The translations under genes were made by a program, and so were the position numbers. Source: Chiloscyllium plagiosum (Eukaryota). From it: DNA of 64,000 nt. The notes below the pieces were generated by a model. It was not told the DNA's origin and did no database searches. It worked only from the letters and a program-made list of their open reading frames with translations. The DNA lies in contig NC_057720.1 in NCBI RefSeq assembly GCF_004010195.1, positions 12,695,508 to 12,759,507 on the forward strand, in the 5' to 3' direction. Positions 51,935-64,000 of this stretch are shown here, one piece after another. The stretch's first letter is position 1; every line of letters starts with the position of its first letter.

Positions 51935-54420
51935 AAGCTGGAATGCTATGAACAGTTTTGGGTCCCTTATCTAAGGCAATATATATTGGCCCTGGAGGCA
52001 GCCCAGTGAGTGTTCACTAGGCTGGTATCGGATATGGAGGGACTGCCTTATGGGACGAGGTGAGTGGATTAGGCCTGTACTTATTGGAATACAGGATAAT
52101 GAGAGGCAACTTTATTGAAATATATGTAGAGGACCTGACAGAGTAGATGTGGAAAGGTCGTTTCCCCTTGTGGGAGAGAGCAGGACCAGTGGGCATAATC
52201 TCAGAGTAAGGGCGTCACACATCTAAGAGTGAGATGAACAGAAATTTCTTCTCTTTGAGAGTGTGAATCTGTGGAATTCTTTACTGTACAGGGCTGTGGA
52301 GGTACAGACATTCAGTATATTCAAAACGGAGTAAGATATATTTTTTAAAAATAAGGCAGTTAATGGTTATGGGGAAAAGTCAGGAAAGTGGAATTAAAGA
52401 TGACCAAATCAGCCATGATCTTATGGAATGCTGAAGTAGACTTCATGGGCTGAATGGCCTACTTCTTGCATTTTGTGGTCTTACAGCACACACCTGCCAT
52501 GATGCACCAGGGCGAAAGTGAGGACTGCAGGTGCTGGAGATCGGAGTCAAGATTAGAGTGGTGCTGGAAAAGCGCAGCAGGTCAGGCAGCATCCGAGGAG
52601 CAGGAAAATCGATGTTTCGGGATGATACAGGACATTTGAGAGGTAGAGGGAGTGAATGTTGAAGGGGTAGTAATCAAGCTTTATCCCCTCGATAGTCTTA
52701 GTCATAGAGTCATTTGGCATGGAAACAGACCCTTTGGTCCAACCAGTCCATGCTGAACATAATGCAAGACTAAACTATCTGGTCTGCCTGCTCCTGACCC
52801 ATATCCCTCCAAACCTTTCCTATTCATGTATCCATCCAATGTCTTTTAAATGTTGTAATTGTACCTACATCCACCACTCCCTCAGGACGTTCATTCCACA
52901 TATGAAAAATTTGCTTCTTATGTCTTTCTTAAATCTCTCTCCTCTCACTTTAAAAATGTGCCCCCTCGTCTTGAAACTCCCTATTTTAAGGAAAAGACAA
53001 CTACCATCAACTCTATCTGTATCTCTAATTATTTTCTAAACTTTTATCAAGTCACCTTTCAACCTTCGACAGTCCAATGAAAAAAGCCTATCCAGTCTAT
53101 CCAGCCTTTCTTATAATTCAAACTTTCCATAACTTGGCAACATCCTGGTAAATCACTTCTGAGCCCTCTCCAGCTTAATAATATCCTCCTATGGCTGGGT
53201 GACCAGAACTGGAGACAGCATTCCAGAAGAGACCTCTGCAGTTTTGGAGTTCCAGTAATCCAGGCAAGAGGGGAATATTCCATCACACTCATGACTTGTA
53301 CTTTGTAGATTGTAGACAGGTTTTGAGGAGTCAGGAGGTGACTTGCAGAATTTACAGCTTCTAACTTTCTATTGTGGCCACAATCCCCATATGGGTGAAC
53401 CAGTTCATTTTCTAGTCAATGGTTAACCCTAGATCGTTTATAGTGGAGGGTTCAGTGATGGAAATGCCATTAAATGTCAAGGAGAGATCCCAGAATTTAC
53501 TCTTGTTGGAAATGCTCATTGCCTGGCACTTGTGTGGCATGACTGTTATTTGCCAGTTATTAGTACAAGCTTGATGTTGCCCAAGACTTGGTATATTTGG
53601 ACATGGTCTGTTTTAATGTCTTAGGAATTGCAAATGGTGCTGAACATTGTATAATCAACCAATCAGTGGAATATTTTTCCTTGATCCCAATTGACTACAA
53701 CTTTGCTAGGGCTCCTTGACATCCACACTTGGTTCACTGCTAACTTGATGTCAGGGGTGGTCACCCTCACTTCCTCTCTTGAGTTTAGCTCTTTTCTTCA
53801 ACTGTGGCCCAAGGCTGTAGTGAGATCAGGAGCTGAGTATTAGTGAGCAAGTTATCGTTGAGTCAGTGCCACTTGATAGCACCTGTTGATGACATTACTT
53901 TGCTGATGGAGACTGATGGAGCAGTCATTGGCCAGTTTGGATTTGTGCTGATTTTTTTAAAGAGGATCCTATCTGGGCAATTGTCAAATGCCTTCTGGAA
54001 ATCAAAGTACATCATGTCTATGGGTTTCTTCTTTAACTACAATACTTATTACTTCCTGAATCATCTACTGTTTCAGCAACCTCTTCTTTTGAGACTGTAG
54101 GATGCAGTCCATCAGGACCCAAAGACATGTCAGTCTTTAGTTCCAATAACTCCTTTTCCCTGGTGACAGTAATAATTTCTGGGATGTTATTTGTACCCTC
54201 CACAGCGAATACAGATGCAAAATATTTGTTCAATTCATCTGCCATTTCCTCATTTCTAACAGAGTTGCTCAGTACATAGCCAATGGTCACTTTACTTCTT
54301 CTTTTCCTTCTTAAATACCTGTAGAAAGTCTGCGTGTCTCTTTTATACTTCCAACTGGATTTTGCTCATACTCTAATTTCTCCCTCCTTTTATCTTTTGG
54401 CCTTTTTTTATATTCTGTCC
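51935..54420. mobile_element. Degenerate CR1 and other LINE fragments, with a family-A arm at about 52510-52621
   Basis: CR1 3' motifs on both strands. Confidence 0.6.
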
Positions 54421-54758
54421 AATATTTTGACTTGTCACTCACTCATCCTTGTGGAAGCATGCGTTTTTCTTTCATTTCAACACCATTTTTAAATTCCTTA
54501 CTTAGCCACGGATGAAATCTCTTTTCCTTGGATATCGTGTGGTGAATCGAGTTGGCTGACAGTGGGTGTCTCTGATGCTGGGGATTTCAGGAGATGAGTC
54601 AGCTGCTTAGCATTTCTGGATGAAAATGCTCGCAAAAGACACCCCATCTTAAAGCATGGAGATATTTGTGGATCCTCCTCTAATTAGTTGGTTCATTGTC
54701 TGCCATCAGGATGGCAGAGTTTCAATCTGATCTGTTGGTTGTGAGGTCTCTTAGCTCT

Positions 54759-54958
54759 TGGAGATAGTGGAGATGCTGCAGATGCTGGAGAAGTCAGAGT
54801 TGATAATGTGTCGCGCTGGAAACAGCACAGCAGGTCAGGCAGCATCTGAGGAGCAAGAGAGTGGATGAAGCGTTATGCCCAAAATGTCCACTCTCTTGCT
54901 CCTCAGATGCTGCCTGACCTGCTGTGCTTTTTCTTGCATCATACTTTATTGACTGGGC
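54759..54958. mobile_element. Degenerate palindromic family-A element
   Basis: TSD tctcttagctct at 54747-54758 and 54959-54970. Confidence 0.7.
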
Positions 54959-56809
54959 TCTCTTAGCTCTGTCAATCATGTGCTGCTTCTGCTGTTCTGC
55001 ACAAATTTATCACCAGGAAGGCACATCATTTTTATTTTTGTTTGCCTGGGACTGCCCTTGCTCAGCCTCATGCATTCTTCCCTGAAGCATGTTTGTTTGC
55101 CCAGCTTGAATAGTAGAGGGATGGGTAAGCTGGACCATGGGGGTTCATATATTGTGGTTGATTACAATTCTGTTGCTGAGGATGGACCACAGCACCTCAT
55201 GTACTTTGACGGGTTATCAAATATTTATTTCACTAAAATTCAACTAATAAATCTCTCACAATGGGAGAGAAACAATCCTATGAATAAACTGACTGCTTTT
55301 AATCAAGCTCTTTGGACATTTTACAACAGATGGCTGGAGCAGATATGATTTGAACCCAGTCACTAGGACACTGTCACTACAACACAATATGAGGGGTATA
55401 CATAAAGTGAATGACAAGTGTCTTTTCTCTAGGGTGGGGGATTTCAAGATTGTGGGTCTTATTTTTAAGGTGAGAGGAGAAAATTAAAAAGGGTGTGAGT
55501 GGCAATTTATTGATATAGAGAGTAGTATGTGTGTGGAATGAACATAAAGACGATGTGGTGGTTGCATGTAGTTAAAAGACATTTAGATAAGTATATGAAT
55601 AGGAAATGTTTGGAGGGATTTGAGCCAAGTGCAAGCAGGTGGGACTACTTTAGTTTGGAATTATGGTTAACATGAATTGGTTGGGCCAGTGGTCTGTTTC
55701 TGAGGATAAAAGCAAATTACTGCGGATGCTGGAATCTGAAACCAAATGCTGAGATTTTCCAGCATTTTCTCTTTTGGTCTGTTTCTGTGCTGTATGACTC
55801 TATGACTATAGCTGACTACTTGTACACCTTCATTAACAACACCGATTTATAGGGTTTCCTTCAAATTAATATGAAAATCAATCAGTCCAAAAGCTTCTTA
55901 ACTAAGTGTTGGTCCATCAGTTATCATTGTTAGTCAAAAATGACTCAATTTCTGATGTCAATGACAGCAACACTTAATGGATGACAATCTGCAGGGACTG
56001 AAAAAAAAAACATCACCTTGCATAAAATCTATAGATATTTTCTAATCAACCTGCTCAGAAGTGTTTTGACAAAACTCTGGAGCAGTTGTTCTTAAACCCA
56101 GTGCTACTGGCTCACCACCACTGTACTACCACAGTCCCTGTATTGAGTCTTTAGATTTTAACATCCACAAATATCCATGTCAGTAATTCAAGATCATTGT
56201 AAGTTTGTACATGCATCCATACATTCTTGCGCAATACTAACAGGGTCAAAACTCAATAAAATGCTTCATAGCTGGGTTACCTCAGGTAGGTTTTAAAAAA
56301 AAGAAAGGTTTGCAGTTATATAAAAGCTTTTAATGACCACTGAACAGTTCAAACCAATTTTGAAATGTAGTCACTCTTGTAATGATTAGATTAGATTCCC
56401 TACAGTGTGGAAACATGCCCTTCGGCCCAACAAGTCCACAGTGACCCTCTGAAGAGAAACCCACTCAGAACCGTGTCCCTCCGACTAATACACCTAACAT
56501 TATGGGCAATTTAGCATGACCAATTCACCTGACCTGCATATCTTTGGACTGTGGGAGGAAATCGGAGCACTTGGAGAAAACCCACACAGACATGGGGAGT
56601 ATGTGCAAACTCCACACAGACAGTCGCCCGAGATTGGAATCAAACCTGGGTCCCTGGCGCTGTGAGGCAGCAATGCTAACCACTGAGCCACCGTACCACC
56701 CCATAATGTAGGAAAGCAGCTGCCAATTTGATCGTAGGAAGCTCCCACTCACAATAATGTGACACTGGCCAGGTTATCTGTTTTAGTGATGTTGATCAAT
56801 GTATAAATA

Positions 56810-57440
56810 TTCATTGCTAAAGGGATGGAGTTTAAAAGCAGGGAGATTTTGTTGCAGCTGTATCGGGTGCTGGTGAGGCCACAGCTGGAGTACTGTGTGC
56901 AGTTTTGGACTCCTTACTTGAGAAAGGATGGACTGGCACTGAGAGGGTGCAGAGGGGGTTCACTAGGTTGATTCTGGAGTTTAGGGGGTTGGCTTATGAG
57001 GAGAGACTGAGTAGAATATGATTATATTCATTGGAATTTAGAAGAATGAGGGGAGATATTTATAGAAGCATATAAAATTATGAAGAAATAGATAAGCTAG
57101 AAGTAGAGAGGATATTTCCAATGGCAGGTGAAACTAGGACAAGAGAGCATAGCCATAAAATTAGGGGGAACAGGTTTAAGACTGAATTGAGAAAGAATTT
57201 CTTCATCCAGTGGGTTGTGAATCTATGGAATTCCTTGTCCAGTGAAGTAGTTGATGCTACTTCAGAAAACATTTTTAAAGCTAAGATAGATTTTTTTGAA
57301 CAATAAAGGAATTAAAGAATATGGTGAGAGTGTGGGTAAGTGGAGCTGAGACCATGTAAAGACCAGCCATGAACTTATTGAATGGCGGAGCGGGCTCGAA
57401 GGGCCAGATGGCCTACTCCTACTCCTAGTTCTTATGTTAT
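56810..57440 (+). mobile_element. CR1 3' end
   Basis: LYRVLVRPQLEYCVQFW; FFIQWVVNLWNSL. Confidence 0.8.
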
Positions 57441-59559
57441 GTTCATCTGAAAGCTAGCGCCTCCCTCAGTACTACACAAGAGCATCAGCCTTGATGTTTG
57501 TCCTGGAGAGGGATTAAACCTGAAACCTAGGCATTTAGAATGTTAACACATTGATAATTTAATTTCTCAAATAGTTTAATGCTAAAATGGTGGAATGAAA
57601 GTAGCATGGATATTGCAGATGTCTCTGAGATTCAGGCTTATTTCTCGATTTACTTCTAGATTTCTTACCGTTACTAATTTCAGTAGTGTACATGAATAAG
57701 AAATGTTTCGAAGGATATGGGCCAAGGGCAGGCAGGTGGGACTAGTTTAGTTTAGGGTTATGGTCAGCATGGAGACTGGTTGGGCTGAAAGGTCTGTTTC
57801 CGTGCTGTATGACTCTATGACTCTACACTCAGTCTTCTTTTCATCTGATGACTTTTATGTGTTTTAATCCAAAATTGTCTAACCACTACCTCCTGCTTCT
57901 TCACCTTCGATGGCTGAGTTTTGGACTTTGCCTTGTCCTTGGTATAATCCTGCAGTCTGGATCTCAACTGTGACGTTTCAATGACGAAAGAAAGCATAGA
58001 TGCTTATTAAGTATCTGGCACAGTGATATTTGGTTGGGAAGTAACTAGTGCAGAATCGTCCTGATTAGATTAGATTCCCTACAGTATGGAAACAGGCCCT
58101 TCGGCCCAACGAATCCACACTGACCCTCCGAAGAGTAGCCCATCCAATATTTACTTCTGACTAATGCACTGAACACTCTGGGCAGGAGCACCCGGAGGAA
58201 ACCCACACAGATATGGAGAGAATGTGCAAACTCCGCACAGACAGTCACCCAAGGTTGTCTATAAGGAGACCATTCAGCCCTGGTGCCTCCTGTCAACTCC
58301 TTGAAAGAATTATTCAAGTAGATACTTTCCCCACTCTTTACCCATGCCCTGCTATTGATTTCATTTCGGCAGCTACTTTCTTGAAGAGCTGATGGGCCTA
58401 GTTTTGCTCCTATTTTCTATGCTTCAGCTATGCAAGTGATGATTACATTTGATTTCTCTGAGGTGCGCAACACAAAGAAAATGCTCCTCACCTCCTCCTT
58501 TACTCTGTTGTGATATATTTGATGGTGTTGCCCTATTCTGAGAATACCATTCAGGATATTTCCATTTTCCGAAAGGGCATGATGTCTTGTGAGCTGATTT
58601 CAGCTTGCTCCATCTCATGTGTTACCGAGCTGAGGACTGAGGGGTCAGTTAAAGGTCCAATGGGCCTTTAGCAGAACATTCCACATTCAATCAGCACCAA
58701 CAAAAACAACATAATATCTACCAATTCACAACATAGCTGATAAAAAATGTTTGGTTAACAGCGGCACATTTGCAAAGCATTTCATTGTGCTATAAACATT
58801 GAGATATTTTAGCGATACCATGCCAACCTGTATTAAAGCAAATATTTCTTTTAAAAAATCCAAGGGGATCGGTACTTGGTAATAGAGCCAGTTCAGGCAC
58901 AAGGGGCCAAATGGGCTCCTTTCGCACTACAATAATCCTGTGAGTCAGTGATAATCAATCTTCCTAACATTAGTTGTCATCCAATAATGACATAACCAAA
59001 GACATTTAAATCAACAAGACAGAATATGCTGGAGAAACTCAGCAAGTCTGGCAATATCTGTAGAGAAAAAACAGATTGAGTCCAGCAAAGTTTCATCCGA
59101 ACATTGGTTTATATTAAAATTTAATCAAACTTTAAGAGACAAAGAACAATGAATTGGGACTCTGTCCAATTCATTTCTGTAGCTTAGCAATTCTCTATCT
59201 TATGTTTATCTTAGTATTATTTAATATGGTGCATTAAAGTGATCATTGATAAATGATCGCTTTAAAGAAATGTGAAACTATAAAAGCTTCTTGGATTGTT
59301 TTGTTCAACTTACTGATAGCATCTGTTCTTGCTCATTAGGACTTAAAAGGCAACTTATTACCATGTTTAGGAATTCCAGTGTAAAGCTATAAAGGAAAGA
59401 AAGATGTTGTGCATTTAGATAGCAACTTTTAAAGTCTCATGATTTCCCAAACCACTTTGCAGTCAATGAAAAGGGTTTTAAATGTTATGTTTCAGGAAAG
59501 CTATAGAAAATTTGCACTGAGTGAGCTGAATATGAAATAAACTGGTCATTTGTTTAAGT

Positions 59560-59790
59560 TAATAAAAACCAAAACAGTTATGGATGTCGTTAATTAGAAA
59601 CAAAAATTGCTGGAAAAGCTGAGCAGGTCTGGCAGTGTCTGTGAAGAAAAATCAGAGTTACCATTTCAGGTCGACTGATCCTTTCCCAGTTCAGAGGAAG
59701 GATTGCTTGACCTGAAATGTTAACACAGATTTCTCTTCACAGATGCTGTCAGACCTGCTGAGCTTTTCCAGCAATTTCGACTTTTAGATC
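59560..59790. mobile_element. Palindromic family-C element (degenerate cores)
   Basis: Inverted arms gctggaaaagctgagcaggtctg and cagacctgctgagcttttccagc. Confidence 0.7.
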
Positions 59791-61304
59791 TGTTTTAGTT
59801 ATGTTGTTTAAGAGATGAAAGCTAGTCTGAGCACCTGTTGGTCTCCTCTGCTATTGTTGCAAAAATTCTGTGATACCATTTATATCTATGTGACAGGATA
59901 GATGGGCTTTAACAGTTTAACATAACTGAAAGATGGTCCTCTAGCGATACAGAACTTCCTCAATACCTCGGAAAACCCAATAGAGATAACTGCTTCTGTG
60001 TAAATCAGATAGAAATGTTTTGCTCTTTAAGGTCAGTAATAATATGCTGTTCACCAAGTGGTTAACATTGCAAATTCCTGTAAGTTTAATCACTACTTAC
60101 ACGTGCATGCAGGGAAATAGAATTAAGGTTAACAATCCAAGTTGAATATCCAGTACTGCCACAAAAGCAAGGGCCAAAGGTTTTCTTCCGTGCAAACATT
60201 TTTGTGGTTGTATGAATTTAATGAAATAAACTCTTTAATACTTCTGATTCATTTTGGAATCAAAGCCAGATTGCAGCCGTGGGCAAAGGTAGCAACTGAG
60301 TTACAAATAAACTATATATTAATGACTTTTCTATGGTGGAATAGAAGTTACTGTGTCAGCTTTGTTTGATAACTCTTCTGTAAAGGGTTGTTCACAATAT
60401 CAAAGGTGCTAATTAAATATAAGTTGTTGTTGGACACGCTGTTCATGTTAAACTGCAGATTAGAAGAATGCAAGGTAATCTTGCTGACACCTTTAAGATT
60501 GGGAAGGGACTTGGCAGGTTGGGAGCGCTGAGAGAGTGTCTCCCCTCATGAGAGAAACTAGAGCGAGATGGCGTGGTTTAAATATAAGGGATTCCCAGCT
60601 TAAAGTGAAGATGAGGAGAATCTTTATCTCTCAGAGGGTCATTGGTCTGTGGAGATCTTATCTTCAGAAAGCTGCAATGGAAGTACCCTTAAATATTTGT
60701 GAGACTGAATTACTCAGATTCTTCATTGAGGAGGGAACCAAGATATTGGAGGGAAGCAGGAAAGTAGATGTAAGGCCACAATTGTAAAGTTAAGGGCATT
60801 AGGACCCTGGAGAAGGATGGCAACAAGGTCATGAGCTGCACATCTCTGAGTAAAGATAGCACAGTACGGGGAGAGGTAGAACACTCCAGACAGAGAAAGC
60901 AAATGGTCACAAGTACATGACAAAGATCGATTACCACATGTACCTATAATTTCAGAACCTGCTGTATCTGTGATCATTGATATGGCCATATTTAGTATTA
61001 ATGGAGAATACATTGTGTTACTTTGAATTCTAAACTTCAAGACAGTTCTCAACTTTGCAGTTTCCTTGAACCAATCTGTAAGGAAACTAAACTCATGGAG
61101 TGGCATCAAACCTCTTGACCATAAAAGCAATCAGAAATGGTAGAAGAAGTTCAAGGGGCAGATTGGTCTTCTCCTGCTCCGATGTCATATGTTTATATCT
61201 ATTTGTACATTACCTTCAATGTAAGTACATGTCCTCAGGTACTTGGAGATGTTAGCTTTGACAGATGTCCAGAATGCAGGCAGTCAACAGAGCAAGAAGC
61301 ACAG

Positions 61305-61820
61305 AAATTGTGTTCAGTTCTGGTCGCCTAATTATAGGAAGGATGTGGAAGCTTTAGAGAGGGAGCAGAGGAGATTTACGAGGATGCTTCCTGGACTGGA
61401 GGGCAGGTCTTATGAAGAAAGGCTGAGGGAGCAAGGGCTTTTCTCATCGAAGTGAAGAAGGATGAGAGGTGGCTTGATGGAGGTGTATAAGATGATGAGA
61501 GGCTTAGATAGAGTGGATGACCAGAGACTTTTTCCCAGGGCGGAAATGGCTGTCATGAGGGAGCATAATTTTAAGGTGATTGGTGGAAAGTTAAGGGGAG
61601 ATGTCAGAGGTAGGTTCTTTACACAGAGAGTGGTGGGTGAGTGGAATGCACTGCCAGCAGTGGAAGTAGAGTCAGATACATTAGGGACATTTAAGTGACT
61701 CTTGGATAGGCACATGGATGATAGTAAAATGTAGGGTATGTTGGTTAGTCTGATCTTAGTGTAGGATAAAAGGTTGGCACAACACATCGAGGGCCGAAGA
61801 ACCTGTACTGTTCTATGTGC
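61305..61820 (+). mobile_element. CR1 3' end
   Basis: CVQFWSPNYRKDVEALE; FFTQRVVGEWNALP. Confidence 0.85.
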
Positions 61821-63361
61821 TAAGTTCCAAACTTGAACTAAAAACTGGAAGCACTATCAATATACTGCAGGCCTGTCTGTGTTTGAATAAGGGGAAAGTG
61901 GGTCAATGTCCTTGGTGCGGGTGATTTGTCAGTACTGGATATGAAAAGGCAAAGGAAGGATTTTGGTACAATTCTGGAGAAAATAGTTGGTTTTGTCCAT
62001 AACTGACTCACTACTCTTGGCAGAGAGCTACATATTTATAATATGTAGGGTCATGGCAACCAATGCCAATTATTATAAATTCAGCAAGTCTTGCAATGAC
62101 TGGGAGCACCATCAAATAGTTGACTGTTTGACTGGACATTGTTTACTGTGAAGATATCCAAATTATTCACTGTTGTCAAGGGAAAACAAAGGGGTATTGC
62201 TTCACTTATCAGTGTGATTCAAACCAGGCAGCAGTTCTGAGCCAGTCAACAAAGGACAGAGATACTGAGTTGTTAGGGATGTGATATTATGTTCTGAACC
62301 TGAACCTCAAGAATAAAAGGCAAGTCTGCCTTTGATTTGTAGTTTGTACTTTCAACACATGAATGTGGACAACTTCCAAGGGAGTTGGTGATGGTGGGGA
62401 GGTGGGAGCAGATTAATCTCGGTCACAGTAACCTGGAGAGTACAGTTTGGTTCCCACCATTTACTCTGTTCCTTAGCCACCAGTTTCACTCCTCTCTCTT
62501 GCCAATGTCTGAGGCTGAGCCAGATTGTTTGCAACTTTGGCACACAATTTAACATGGAGCTGATGTTCCAACACCATATCCTCTCTATTAACTGCCCTGC
62601 TTTTAACCCCGGGTCATCTCCTGTCTCTGCCCTTACATCAGTTCATCTGCTGCTGAAACTCTCACCTTTGTTGCTGTTAGACGGAAGTATTCCTCAGTTC
62701 TCCTGGCTAACCTCCCAAGTCCTTTGCCTCGTAAACCTAAGCTCATACAAAACTCTTTTTTGTATTCTAATTTGCACCAACCCTGTTCACCTATTTCCCT
62801 CTTGTTCTCTGACCAATATTTCTCCAATTTTGTTCAGCTTTAACATTCATAATTTTTCTTTCCATGACCTTGTACGTGACCATGTCAATCCCTTCTCACA
62901 TACACACTGTCTCTCTGCAAGCTCCTCATAAAACCCACAAAGATCTCTGTGTTCCTACAAATTTCTTGCATGCTCTAATTTTATAGTGCCATCATTGGTG
63001 GCCATGTCTTCAGCACCTTGGCCTTAGGCTCTGTAATTTCCTCAACCTCTCCATGTATCTATCCTCCTTCCTTTAAGATCCTCCTTAAAAACAAAATGCC
63101 CTGAAGTTGTGAAGGCAGCTATATAAATGCAAACTGTTTGGTTTGATGAGTGCTTTTCTTGTTTTTGATGTAATGCTGTGGCAGAGTGCTTGTTTCTCAG
63201 TCAACAAATGATGCTGTACCTCAGAGATTTGCATCCTATAGTAATGAGGTGGTGCTGCACTCTGCATGGGGCTTCGCCTTTGGATGAGATTTTAACCTGA
63301 GACCCTGCCTTTCTGGCTGTGAAGATGCTATTCCACTCTCTTAGGTAAGGCAGTGATTTGT

Positions 63362-64000
63362 CATTGAATTGAATTGATTTGATTGTCACGTGTACCGAGG
63401 CACAGTGAAAAATGTTGTCTTGCGAGCAATACAGGCAGATCACAGAGTTAAGTAGCATAGATAAGTAAATAATAGGCAAATAACGGCAAAAACAAAAACA
63501 CAGGTACAGACGAATGTTAAGAATTTGCGAGTCCATTCAGTATTCTAGCAACAGTAGGGGAGAAACTATTGTGAAACTGGCTGGTGCATGCGTTCAGGCT
63601 TCTGTGACTTCTCCCCGATGTTAGAGGTTGTGGAAAAGCATTGCCAGGGTGGCATGGATCTTTGAGAATGCTGGCAGCCTTTCCTTGACAGCGGGCCTGG
63701 TAGATGGATTCCATTGATGGGAAGCCTTTGTGATTGTCTGAGCCGAGTTCACCACTCTCTGGAACCGTCTCCTGTCTTGAATGGTACAGTTGCCATACCA
63801 GGTGGTGATACATCCAGATAGAATGCTCTCGATGGTGCACCTATAAAAGTTGGCAAGGGTATTCGCCATCATGCCAAATGTCCTCAGCTGCCTGCGGAAG
63901 AAGAGATGTTGTTGGGCCTTTGTAACCAGTGCGTCCACATGAAGAGTCCAAGAAAGCTTGTTGTGGATGACCACTCCCAGGAGCTTGACACTCTCCATTT
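63362..64000 (-). mobile_element. Rex1/Babar-type LINE 3' portion, a close relative of 28225-29095
   Basis: ORF 63621-63998 is near-identical to 28434-28757. Confidence 0.85.

Noticed and set aside
63200..63350. Possible ancient Deu-domain SINE remnant
   Set aside because: The resemblance is from memory only, and the sequence is too degenerate to call without a profile search.
41900..64000. Last PTGFR coding exon (TM7, expected R.A..NQILDPWVY-like motif)
   Set aside because: No matching sequence was seen by eye or in the ORF track. It is probably beyond the window, and tblastn would settle this.

Overview
Eukaryotic (vertebrate) genomic DNA, almost certainly a cartilaginous fish. The shark assignment is inferred from HE1/V-SINE-type SINEs and the CR1, Rex1, L1 and Penelope landscape. 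The only host gene found is a prostaglandin F2-alpha receptor (PTGFR-like) on the + strand. Its first coding exon (TM1-TM6) is at 41018-41797 and ends at the conserved TM6 intron. A probable non-coding first exon ends near 39234, and the last coding exon was not found in the window. Most of the rest is retroelement debris, including a deeply nested stack at about 3.4-17.3 kb. The most notable signal is not in the ORF track: about 20 short elements carry minimal type-I hammerhead-ribozyme motifs (CUGANGA-stem II-GAAA-palindromic stem III-UH) in at least three sequence families. Two of the families are directly attached to Penelope-like coding sequence here. Many copies are outward-facing inverted pairs flanked by 11-16 bp target-site duplications (TSDs). 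They include a four-ribozyme tandem array (13.0-15.0 kb) and an intact sense-strand motif in the PTGFR intron. Repeat boundaries were read by eye and are approximate.
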